This document shows positions 17,992 through 26,316 of a stretch of 42,390 nucleotides of DNA, one piece after another. The stretch is from Poseidonia sp. GTDB lineage: Archaea; Thermoplasmatota; Poseidoniia; Poseidoniales; Poseidoniaceae. Every line of letters starts with the position of its first letter. Position 1 is the first letter of the stretch. A program made the position numbers and the translations under genes. Where the stretch lies: assembly GCA_023254355.1 (NCBI GenBank), contig JALRLR010000002.1:1-42390 (forward strand), given 5' to 3'. The notes beneath the pieces were generated by a model. That model worked only from the letters and a program-made list of their open reading frames with translations, searched no databases and was not told the DNA's origin.

Positions 17992-20639
17992 TGGCCGTCC
18001 TCCGAGAGCGATTTGAGTTGGTACAGCACCTCAAGGGCTTGGCGAGGGGACAACTCATCGACGTTCGTGTTGTTGAGCACATCGATCAATTCCTTGCCAA
18101 CGGGTTCCACTTCGTCGACGGGTGCGTTGGACGTCATGGCGGCTGCAGCAAAATACCCCATGAGGCTCGCTTGCCCCGCATCGCGTGCCTTGGGGGCGCC
18201 TTGCTCACCGGCTTTGGCGCCACCGGCCTGCTGTTCAAGGAACGCCAGTAAATCCGTTGCTCGTTCAACCACGTTCCGGGGTAAACCCGCCAAAGCCGCC
18301 ACTTGAACACCGTAGGAATCGTCACACGGGCCGTCTGCCACTTGATGAAGAAACTTCAGCTGCCCGTCGACTTGAGCGACCTGAACGTGGACGTTGTGCA
18401 AACCGGGCAGTTCGCCTTCCAGGCCGATCAACTGGTGGTAGTGGGTCGCGAAGAGGGTCCGGGCGCCAAGCCGCTGGCAAATGTCTTCGGTGACCGACCA
18501 GGCAATGGAGAGGCCATCAAAGGTCGATGTCCCTCGGCCAATTTCGTCCAGCAAGATGAGGGATTGGGGGGTGGCCCTTTTGAGAATGTGTGCCACTTCA
18601 ATCATCTCCATCATGAAGGTTGAACGGCCACGGCGAAGGTCGTCACTGGCACCGACGCGAGTGAAAATGCGGTCGACCAAACCGATTTTTGCTTGCTTTG
18701 CAGGGACAAAGCACCCTGCTTGGGCCAAAACGGTCACCAGCGCTGTCGTTCGAAGGTGGGTGGATTTCCCTCCCATGTTCGGCCCGGTGATGAGCAAAAA
18801 GGAGTGTTTTGAGTTCATGGTAACATCGTTAGGAACGTAGCCATGCATGGTTTCCAAAACGGGATGGCGAGCATCAACCAGCGACAACACGGGGTTGTCC
18901 GAAAGGTCGGGTTTGGTCCATTGGCGTTCCCTTGAAACGGTTGCAAAGCATTGGAGGACATCGATGGCAGCGACGCGCCGAGCAATATCGGCCAATTCAC
19001 TTGCCTGCTGGGTGCAATAGGCCCTTAATTCCAAGAACCGCCGGTACTCGAGTTCTTTCAACTTCGAATCAGCGGTCAAGAGGACATCGTCCCGTTCGAT
19101 CAGTTCCGGCGTGGTGTAACGGGAACCGTTTGTGAGTTGTTGCTTACGATGCCAAGATTCCGGCACTTTGTCCACATTTGCCTGGGTCACTTCGATGTAC
19201 CACCCCACTTGGCGATTGTTCTTGACCTTCAACGATGGAATGTTCAATTGTTGACGCAACTCGGATTCAAGCTTGGTGAACCAGGCCTTTCCTTCGGAGG
19301 ACACCTCTCTCAAGGCATCCACTTCTGGGTCGACTCCCGTTCTAAGCAGCCCACCGTCACGGAGCCCAAGCGGGGGGTTGTCCGCCAGCGTGGCGTTGAT
19401 CATTTGTGCCGTTTCGCTCAAGGCGTCGAGGTTCGTGCTCAACAAGTCCAAGAGCGGGTCGTTGGTCTCTTGACACCAACCGATCAAGGCTGGCATTCGG
19501 TCCAAGGCCTCGGCGGTTGCCAAAAGGTCCCTCGCATTGCTGCGCTGATAGGCGAGTTGGGTTGCAAGTCGTTCCATGTCGCGTATGCCCTTCAAAGAGG
19601 TGCGCAAGCCATCCAATCGGCGAGCGGATTTGGCCAAGGTACCGACCGCCCGGTGTCGAGTTTCAATCGAGGCCTGGTCGGCCAATGGGTGAAGGAGCCA
19701 TGTTTTCAAAACACGACGTCCCATGGCGGTTCTGCACTTGTTGAGGGTCGAGAGCAGACTGCCCTCATATTCGCCTGCGAGGGTTGAGGTGAGTTCTAAA
19801 TTTCGAAGCGTGGTTTGGTCGATGAGCAATCGGCCATGTTCTTCAATCACTTCCACATCCTGAAGCGGGATGTCGCTCTGAAGATGAACGGAGGCGAGGT
19901 AATCGGCCGCAAGGCCGGTCGCTGAAAGGGCTAGAGGAGCGTGGTCCAAGTCAAGATGGCCCAAATCCGCTACCTCGAGCATGCTTTGCAGCCGTTGCAA
20001 TCGCTTGGATTCGCTCAGGGTATGTTGACTCACCATCGTTTGGTCGAGCAACAGGAACAAACGCCCCAGAGCTTCGTTTTCTGCATCCCTCGGCGAGACG
20101 ACAAGTTCGTTTGGCTGCCATCGCTGCAAATCGTCCTGTAGCCTGATGAACCGGTCTGCACCTTCGTGCGTGCTGGCCCACGCCTTTCCCGTCGAGGCGT
20201 CGATCACGGCGACGCCCAATTGGTCGCTTCCGAGAGCGACCGCTCCCAACAGGGATTGTTCGTCAACGTCGAGCAAACTTTCCTCAAACAAGCTTCCCGG
20301 CGTGTAGACGCGGGTGACAACTCGCTCGAGCAACTTCGCTCCTTCTCGGAGTTCTTCCTCCTGCTCGGCCACGGTGACCTTGTATCCCGCCCTGAGCATG
20401 GTGCGGAGATGGTCCTCCAGGCCGTGCCAAGGAAAGCCAGCCATGGGCACGGGTTCCTCAGCGTTTTTGTCCCTGGAGGTCAGGGTCAGTCCCAACACTT
20501 CGGCAGCGGTTTCGGCGTCGTCGTGAAAGAGTTCGTAAAAGTCGCCCATTCGGAAGAAAAGCACGGTGTCGGGGTGTTGTTCTTTGATGTCAAAGAACTG
20601 GTCCATCATGCCCCGTTTTGCGATTGTCTTCACCTCCAT
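17988..20639 (-). CDS. mutS: DNA mismatch repair protein MutS (bacterial MutS1 type)
   Basis: 'FFRMGDFYELFHDDAE' mismatch-binding N-terminus, Walker A 'ITGPNMGGKST', 'LLDEIGRGTSTFDGLSIA' and 'LFATHYH'. Confidence 0.95.
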   Translation of the reverse strand: MEVKTIAKRGMMDQFFDIKEQHPDTVLFFRMGDFYELFHDDAETAAEVLGLTLTSRDKNAEEPVPMAGFPWHGLEDHLRTMLRAGYKVTVAEQEEELREGAKLLERVVTRVYTPGSLFEESLLDVDEQSLLGAVALGSDQLGVAVIDASTGKAWASTHEGADRFIRLQDDLQRWQPNELVVSPRDAENEALGRLFLLLDQTMVSQHTLSESKRLQRLQSMLEVADLGHLDLDHAPLALSATGLAADYLASVHLQSDIPLQDVEVIEEHGRLLIDQTTLRNLELTSTLAGEYEGSLLSTLNKCRTAMGRRVLKTWLLHPLADQASIETRHRAVGTLAKSARRLDGLRTSLKGIRDMERLATQLAYQRSNARDLLATAEALDRMPALIGWCQETNDPLLDLLSTNLDALSETAQMINATLADNPPLGLRDGGLLRTGVDPEVDALREVSSEGKAWFTKLESELRQQLNIPSLKVKNNRQVGWYIEVTQANVDKVPESWHRKQQLTNGSRYTTPELIERDDVLLTADSKLKELEYRRFLELRAYCTQQASELADIARRVAAIDVLQCFATVSRERQWTKPDLSDNPVLSLVDARHPVLETMHGYVPNDVTMNSKHSFLLITGPNMGGKSTHLRTTALVTVLAQAGCFVPAKQAKIGLVDRIFTRVGASDDLRRGRSTFMMEMIEVAHILKRATPQSLILLDEIGRGTSTFDGLSIAWSVTEDICQRLGARTLFATHYHQLIGLEGELPGLHNVHVQVAQVDGQLKFLHQVADGPCDDSYGVQVAALAGLPRNVVERATDLLAFLEQQAGGAKAGEQGAPKARDAGQASLMGYFAAAAMTSNAPVDEVEPVGKELIDVLNNTNVDELSPRQALEVLYQLKSLSEDGQ

Positions 20640-20733
20640 GGCTTACGCTGGAGTGTGAGGAAGTTGACGAGGGCACATGAAGGTTCTCGCATCGTCGTTC
20701 CTGCGGGGCAGGTTCGGTGATGATTTCAATCGA

Positions 20734-21993
20734 TTAAGCGGGACGGCGCCATTCAACGATTGCATGGCGGAGCATCGAAGCCATGACGATGCTGCCGACG
20801 ATCAAGTAGAGCAGGTTTAAGAATCCCCGACCGCTCTCTATAGAGCCATTGGCCGTGATGTCAATGGACCATTGGATTGGCTCACCGTTTTCGTTGGTTC
20901 CGTGGACATGGATGTGGTCGGCTTCGGCCCCAACAGCGCTGATGTCAACGGGCAACGGTCGTCCGAGCACGTAGGTGCTGAGTTCCCCGTCGTAGGTTAA
21001 AATCGTCGTGCTGCCCGCTTCTCCGATGAACCAAGCTCGCCCCTCACGGTCGCCGATGACTTGCGAACTACGCACATCAAGGGCTTCAACGTCGTTCAAG
21101 CCGTGAATCAAGAGGCTTTGACCGGTGCCCCCTACCACCACGGTTTCGCCGACCGACGCCATGCTGTGGAACACCCCGCTGTCAAAAGTCTGGACTTTGC
21201 TGACGACCGGGGTGTTGGGCGTTCCATCCCACGCAATCCAGCCCAAAACGGGCCGGGCTTGGGGCGATGCTGGGCTCGAGCCGTCGGCACCAGCGGTGCT
21301 GAAGTGGGTTCCCAGGGCCAGCCAAAGTCCTTCCTCGTACGCCTCAATTTGGTGCCATTGCACACCAAGCGACATCGACATGGGGTGAGTCGGCGTCATC
21401 CCGGAGACCCCACGTACCGACGTGTTGGCGCCTTCTTGGGTAAGCAGAAGTCGATGGGTTTCCCCGCTGCTGGTGTGTTCGGCGACGTCGAGCACCGCAA
21501 ACACGCCGTTTGTGTCAGGATACTCGTAGGTGATCATCGTGTTACCGCTGAGGCCGATGACCTGGTTGTTGTCAACGGCAAACACCACTTCGCCGTCGGG
21601 CATGGTTTTGACAAACCGAACGTCAGCGGCCCTGTCCACCGTGTCAGGGCTGTAGATGTTGGTCACGGTGTTGTCACCAAAGTTTTGGGTGAAAAAGTGG
21701 TAACCTGCATCGGGCGCGTACACCACGGCCGTGTAGGCATCGGACTGCGAGTGGTAGGCGATTTGGGTCACCAGGCCGCCTTCGTATTCAGCGTCGATGT
21801 CCACCACGGAGGCGCCGACGAAATGTTCGGTCGCACCAATCGCAAACGCTCCAATGAGGACGAAGACGAAAAAGACGGCGATGGAAAGCCACTGGTGCTC
21901 GGATTCCTCCTCCAAGAACCGCCGCCAGCCACCAGCCATGCATCGGGGTGGGCACCTCGCATCATGAAGACTTTGCCCGTGGCTTCTTCTCAT
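20734..21993 (-). CDS. Hypothetical protein with N- and C-terminal TM anchors flanking a beta-rich (propeller-like) domain
   Basis: TM segments 'WLSIAVFFVFVLIGAFAIGA' near the N-terminus and 'LNLLYLIVGSIVMASML' at the C-terminus. The middle is beta-strand-like and repetitive. An alternative ATG lies at 21939. Confidence 0.5.
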   Translation of the reverse strand: MRRSHGQSLHDARCPPRCMAGGWRRFLEEESEHQWLSIAVFFVFVLIGAFAIGATEHFVGASVVDIDAEYEGGLVTQIAYHSQSDAYTAVVYAPDAGYHFFTQNFGDNTVTNIYSPDTVDRAADVRFVKTMPDGEVVFAVDNNQVIGLSGNTMITYEYPDTNGVFAVLDVAEHTSSGETHRLLLTQEGANTSVRGVSGMTPTHPMSMSLGVQWHQIEAYEEGLWLALGTHFSTAGADGSSPASPQARPVLGWIAWDGTPNTPVVSKVQTFDSGVFHSMASVGETVVVGGTGQSLLIHGLNDVEALDVRSSQVIGDREGRAWFIGEAGSTTILTYDGELSTYVLGRPLPVDISAVGAEADHIHVHGTNENGEPIQWSIDITANGSIESGRGFLNLLYLIVGSIVMASMLRHAIVEWRRPA

Positions 21994-22030
21994 CGACGCT
22001 GCTCAAGCACGGACAACGGATGCGGAGATA

Positions 22031-22038
22031 TCATAAAG
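22031..22038 (+). promoter_or_regulatory. TATA-like element (TCATAAAG) upstream of rpl10e
   Basis: An A/T-rich box about 38 nt upstream of ATG 22075, in an otherwise GC-rich spacer. Confidence 0.3.
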
Positions 22039-22074
22039 GGAGCATGGGTCGCAGGTGTGCTTGGAGGGTGACCT

Positions 22075-22614
22075 ATGGCACGAAAACCAGCTGTGATGTA
22101 CCGACGCTTGAAGGGACCTGCCTACACCCGCCGTAAGTACATCGGTGGTGTGCCCAACAACCGTATCCATCAGTATCACGTCGGCAACCGCCGGGCGGCT
22201 GAGACCGGTCAGTTCCCCGTCCGCATTGAATTGCGAGCCGATAACGATGTCCAAATTCGACACACGGCTCTGGAAGCAGCTCGTGTCGTCTCGAACTCCA
22301 CCATCCGTAAGCAGGCCGGTGCCCAAGGCTACGCTCTTCGCGTCCACACCTTCCCTCACCACGTCCTTCGAGAAAACAAGCAGGCCACCGGAGCCGGTGC
22401 AGACCGTGTCTCGCAAGGCATGCGCTGCGCCTTCGGCAAGAACGTCGGCACGGCTGCTCGTGTCAAGCGAGGTCAGCGCATCCTCTCCATCCAAGTGCAC
22501 CCTCAGCACTACCTCACGGCCCGTGACGCCTTGCGAAAGGCCAGCATGAAGTTCCCAACCCCGTGCACCATCCGCTTGATCAGCGGTCACGAGCACCTCA
22601 AGGGTCTCATTTGA
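22075..22614 (+). CDS. rpl10e: 50S ribosomal protein L10e (uL16)
   Basis: 'MARKPAVMYRRLKGPAYTRRKYIGGVP' is the characteristic archaeal/eukaryotic L10e N-terminus. GGAGGGTGA SD at 22062-22070. Confidence 0.9.
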   Translation: MARKPAVMYRRLKGPAYTRRKYIGGVPNNRIHQYHVGNRRAAETGQFPVRIELRADNDVQIRHTALEAARVVSNSTIRKQAGAQGYALRVHTFPHHVLRENKQATGAGADRVSQGMRCAFGKNVGTAARVKRGQRILSIQVHPQHYLTARDALRKASMKFPTPCTIRLISGHEHLKGLI

Positions 22615-22636
22615 AACGTTCATCAGGCCGGCGATT

Positions 22637-22653
22637 GGTGGGGACTCCCCACC
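22637..22653 (+). other. Perfect GC-rich hairpin GGTGGGG-ACT-CCCCACC between rpl10e and abcE1
   Basis: A 7-bp stem with a 3-nt loop, read directly from the sequence, 23 nt after the rpl10e stop. Function unknown. Confidence 0.25.
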
Positions 22654-22705
22654 GATGTGCAGGTGAAACAAAATAGCATTGACGACAGGAAGGTTTGGTG
22701 ATTGC

Positions 22706-24484
22706 ATGCGTGTTGCCGTCTTGAAGGAGGACAATTGTCAACCCAAGAAGTGCAACGACGAGTGCCATGACTTCTGCCCACCGGTTCGAAACGGGCAGGA
22801 ATGCATCGTCATGGACGACCAAACGGGAAAGCCGCACATCTCCGAAAGCCTCTGCATCGGTTGCGGTATTTGCATCAACAAGTGCCCGCATGACGCGCTC
22901 ATCATTGAGAATCTCCCCAGTGAGCTGGAAACCGACATGATTCATCGCTATTCCATGAACGGGTTCCGGTTGTTCCGACTCCCAACGCCCTCCAAAGAGA
23001 GTGTCGTCGGCATCCTCGGGCCGAACGGCATGGGTAAATCCACGGCCATCAGCGCCCTTTCCGGTCGCTTGATTCCCAATTTGGGTGATTGGTTGAATCA
23101 AGAGCCCGACTGGGACGACGTGATTCAGTCGGTGCCCAAAGGAGAATTACGCGATTTCTTCATCGCTGTTCAACAAGGCGATGTCAAGGTGGCGGTGAAG
23201 CCGCAAAACGTGGACCGACTCCCCAAGCGGGTGAAGGGTACCGTCAGGGACCTTCTTGCCCGTGTGGATGAACGCAAGATGCTTGACGACATGACGCAAC
23301 GTCTCGGGATTGCTCATTTGTTGGACCGGGAAGTCCACCAGTTGTCGGGTGGCGAATTGCAGCGAATGGCCATTTGTGCGACCATTCTGAGGGACGTTGA
23401 CGTCTACTTCTTTGACGAACCGTCGTCGTATCTTGATATTCACGAACGCATGCGTATCGTCCGAATCATCCAGGACCTCGCCCAAACCAAGCGGGTGATC
23501 GTGATTGAGCACGACCTCGCTGTGCTGGATGTGTTGGCCGACCTGGTCCACATCGTCTACGGGAAGAAGGGGGCGTTTGGAATCTTCACCCCCGCTCGTT
23601 CCACGCGTCAAGCCATCAACACCTATCTCGACGGGTTCTTGCCAGAAGAGAACGTCCGCATTCGGAACAAACCCATCAAGTTCTTGCGCCATCAAGACCG
23701 GGTCGCAGAAATCGGTACGCCGGTGGTCCAATGGGGTGACCTTTCAAAGCAACTGGGTGACTTTCAATTGACGGCGTCAGAAGGGGCGGTCCATCGGAGC
23801 GAAGTGGTGGGGGTGGTCGGAGCAAACGGCACCGGGAAGTCCACCATGATCAAAATCTTGGCTGGGGAACACGAATACGATGAAGGATGGGTCACGGCAG
23901 AAGCGACCATCTCCTACAAGCCCCAACACATCGACGTTGACATTGATGGCTCCGTTCAGCTTTGGCTTGACAGTGAATTGGGCCCAAGATGGCGCAGCGG
24001 AGAGTTCCATGTCAACGTGATCAAAGCGCTTGGAATTGATCAACTTCTTCCCAAACGCGTCAAGAAATTGTCGGGCGGTGAGCGGCAAGCCGTCTCCATC
24101 GCCCTTTGCTTGGGAAGGGAAGCCGACCTTTACTTGCTCGACGAACCTTCAGCCCACCTTGACGCCAGTGCTCGTATGGAGGCGGCGAAGGCGATACGAC
24201 GGACCATGGAAGCGAATGAAAAGTCCGCTTTTGTCATTGACCACGACGTGTATTTCATTGACATCGTCTCGGATTCCCTCCTGGTGTTTGAAGGTCAAGG
24301 AGGTGTTGAGGGCAAGGCCACGGGACCCTTTGATCTGCGAACGGGCATGAATCAGTTCCTGTCTGGAGTGGACGTGACGTTCCGTCGCGACCACGATTCT
24401 CGCCGTCCCCGAATCAACAAGAGCGAAAGTCGAAAGGACCGAGAACAACGAACGAGTGGTGACTATTATTCCTACGATGCTTGA
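22706..24484 (+). CDS. abcE1: ABCE1 / RNase L inhibitor-type ribosome recycling ATPase
   Basis: N-terminal Fe-S domain 'CQPKKCNDECHDFCPP..CIGCGICINKCP', two ABC cassettes ('GPNGMGKST', 'GANGTGKST') and 'LSGGELQR' / 'LSGGERQ' signatures. I prefer ATG 22706 over the TTG at 22679. Confidence 0.95.
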   Translation: MRVAVLKEDNCQPKKCNDECHDFCPPVRNGQECIVMDDQTGKPHISESLCIGCGICINKCPHDALIIENLPSELETDMIHRYSMNGFRLFRLPTPSKESVVGILGPNGMGKSTAISALSGRLIPNLGDWLNQEPDWDDVIQSVPKGELRDFFIAVQQGDVKVAVKPQNVDRLPKRVKGTVRDLLARVDERKMLDDMTQRLGIAHLLDREVHQLSGGELQRMAICATILRDVDVYFFDEPSSYLDIHERMRIVRIIQDLAQTKRVIVIEHDLAVLDVLADLVHIVYGKKGAFGIFTPARSTRQAINTYLDGFLPEENVRIRNKPIKFLRHQDRVAEIGTPVVQWGDLSKQLGDFQLTASEGAVHRSEVVGVVGANGTGKSTMIKILAGEHEYDEGWVTAEATISYKPQHIDVDIDGSVQLWLDSELGPRWRSGEFHVNVIKALGIDQLLPKRVKKLSGGERQAVSIALCLGREADLYLLDEPSAHLDASARMEAAKAIRRTMEANEKSAFVIDHDVYFIDIVSDSLLVFEGQGGVEGKATGPFDLRTGMNQFLSGVDVTFRRDHDSRRPRINKSESRKDREQRTSGDYYSYDA

Positions 24485-24517
24485 CGCCGCTGCGGTTGCT
24501 ACCTGCGAGGTGGTTTG

Positions 24518-26284
24518 ATGCCGGTCGGACTTCCATCACGAGGCGGCCCCATGGGACGAACACGTGGACGTCTTTCGGCGAGCGCCTTGACCACGTACCT
24601 GCGTTGCCCCCGTCAGTGGCTCTTGGGTTACCAAGCCGGCCTTTCGGGGCCGACTCGAACACCGCAAATTCTTGGAGTCGTTCTGGAGGAAGCCCTCTGC
24701 TCCTTGATGATGCATCACCCTCCTGCCGATGTTGCCGGTCGGGAAGACCTGGTGGCATGGGCTGAACCTCATGTGGACCGCTTGGTGGCGGCGGCACTGG
24801 ACGAGGGAAAGGAGGCGTGGGAGGCCAGCTTATGGAAAGCCGACGGAGAATCATGGGCTGATGTTGAGGTTGACGACGTAAAGGGCCGCCTGCTCGGAGG
24901 CCTCTCGCTGTTTTTGGACGAAGTTGAAGCCTGTCATGCTGCGGGAGGCGGTCCATACCTTGACGCCCACCGACGAGGCGAGCAACCGTTCACGGTACCG
25001 GCTCCCTGCTGGGGCTCTGAACCTGTTTTTCCCCTTCCCGAGAAAGTCCCCGACGTTGCCTTGAGACGATGGGATGCCCCTGAAACAGCCACCTGGTCGT
25101 TACCCGGCGAGCCCGTTTGCTGGAACGAGGCGTGGGAATGCGCTCGCCCTTGGTTCAAGGACCCGAGGGTTCACCAGCCTCAGCGGTTGTATCATCCCGA
25201 AGATTGGGCCTCGGGTGAACTCGACCTGGTGTTGCGTTGGGACGGAAACGTTCGAATTGTGGACATCAAATCGGGACGTTCCTCCTCCCCGTTCGCCTCC
25301 TCATTGGAGCATCAACTCCGCTTCTATGCTTGGCTTTGGCACGAGACCCATGACGGTGAAGTCGCTGCTGGGATGGCTGGCTGGTACCTCAATGGGGCCG
25401 AACAGGTGGTTTACGCCCCGCCAACTTCAGACGATATGGTTGGTTTGACCGCCGAATACGCCTCGGTTCACGAAGCCATGCAGTCCATGGTTGAGGGGGT
25501 CATTCCCTTTCCACCTGGCTCTGAAGATGCTTGCAACGCCGACCAAGCCGGATGCGGTTGGTGTGCGGTTTGTTTTGACGAACAGGGCGCATGGTCAGGG
25601 CCCGATCGACTGGCGTGGATGAAGGCGCTGCCAGAAGTAAGTCTTCACTCACCTTATCAACCGCTTCACTCGATTCAGGGTCGAGTGGCCGTTCGTGGAA
25701 GGTTAACCGGTGCATGGGGGCCCATGCCGAACCATTTTGGAGAACCGGTGTTGGGGGCGGTGTTGGTCGTCGGTCAGCAACACATCACGCTTGAAGAGAG
25801 CGAGCCGGGAAGTTTTCCCAACCTTCACGCCTTGCTTGAGAGGGAGGTGGTTCTGCTCGATGCCATGCCAGGTGTGTGGCGTGACCAACCCCGTTTGTAC
25901 GTGGACCAGCGGTCAACCCTCGTTCTTGATGGCGATGAACCCTCTTCATCGGTTGAAGCGAATTTCACCCGTCTGGGGCTTCTGCGAACACGGGCGAACG
26001 TTCAGGGATACGTGTTGTCGCTCTCACGACGCTCGGGAATTCGCGTTGATGGAAAACCTTGGTCGATGGTCTCGTTCATCCTCTGGGACGGTCAACACCT
26101 TGCCGAAACGGTCGCTTTCGGGTCCAGCATCTCCCAACGCCTGCTGGAGTTGATGCCAGGAGACTGCGTCGCCATGACCGGTGTTGAGATCGGTTGGCGG
26201 GGAGGGATTCTGCAACTGAGAATTGACAACCGGAAGACCCGTTTGGAAACCCCACGGACTAAGGAGTCAAACCCCTCTCGGTAG
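24518..26284 (+). CDS. Cas4/Exo5/AddB-like Fe-S PD-(D/E)XK nuclease domain fused to two putative OB folds (paralog A)
   Basis: Residue numbers follow the ORF-track translation (ORF 24515..26284, i.e. +1 versus this feature's ATG 24518). 'LSASALTTYLRCPRQW' carries the N-terminal Cys. 'GELDLVLRW..VRIVDIKSG' gives the D...D-x-K motif and 'QLRFYAWLW' the QxxxY motif. The C-terminal Cys cluster is C340, C347, C350, C353 ('C..CGWCAVC'). Residues ~385-575 show two RPA-like OB patterns, 'VAVRGRLTGAWGP..' and 'NVQGYVLSLSRRSGIRVDGKPWSMVSFILWDGQH..MPGDCVAMTGVEIGWRGGILQLRI'. GAGGTGG SD 4 nt upstream of ATG 24518. Confidence 0.7.
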   Translation: MPVGLPSRGGPMGRTRGRLSASALTTYLRCPRQWLLGYQAGLSGPTRTPQILGVVLEEALCSLMMHHPPADVAGREDLVAWAEPHVDRLVAAALDEGKEAWEASLWKADGESWADVEVDDVKGRLLGGLSLFLDEVEACHAAGGGPYLDAHRRGEQPFTVPAPCWGSEPVFPLPEKVPDVALRRWDAPETATWSLPGEPVCWNEAWECARPWFKDPRVHQPQRLYHPEDWASGELDLVLRWDGNVRIVDIKSGRSSSPFASSLEHQLRFYAWLWHETHDGEVAAGMAGWYLNGAEQVVYAPPTSDDMVGLTAEYASVHEAMQSMVEGVIPFPPGSEDACNADQAGCGWCAVCFDEQGAWSGPDRLAWMKALPEVSLHSPYQPLHSIQGRVAVRGRLTGAWGPMPNHFGEPVLGAVLVVGQQHITLEESEPGSFPNLHALLEREVVLLDAMPGVWRDQPRLYVDQRSTLVLDGDEPSSSVEANFTRLGLLRTRANVQGYVLSLSRRSGIRVDGKPWSMVSFILWDGQHLAETVAFGSSISQRLLELMPGDCVAMTGVEIGWRGGILQLRIDNRKTRLETPRTKESNPSR

Positions 26285-26316
26285 TCTTCAAAAGGGGTGG
26301 ATTTTATCCCCCTTCC

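Noticed and set aside
21061-22071. 336-aa plus-strand ORF antisense to the doubly anchored surface protein
   Set aside because: Its composition is typical of a GC-rich antisense frame (Gly/Arg/Val/His-rich). It runs through the divergent promoter spacer and has no recognisable domain.
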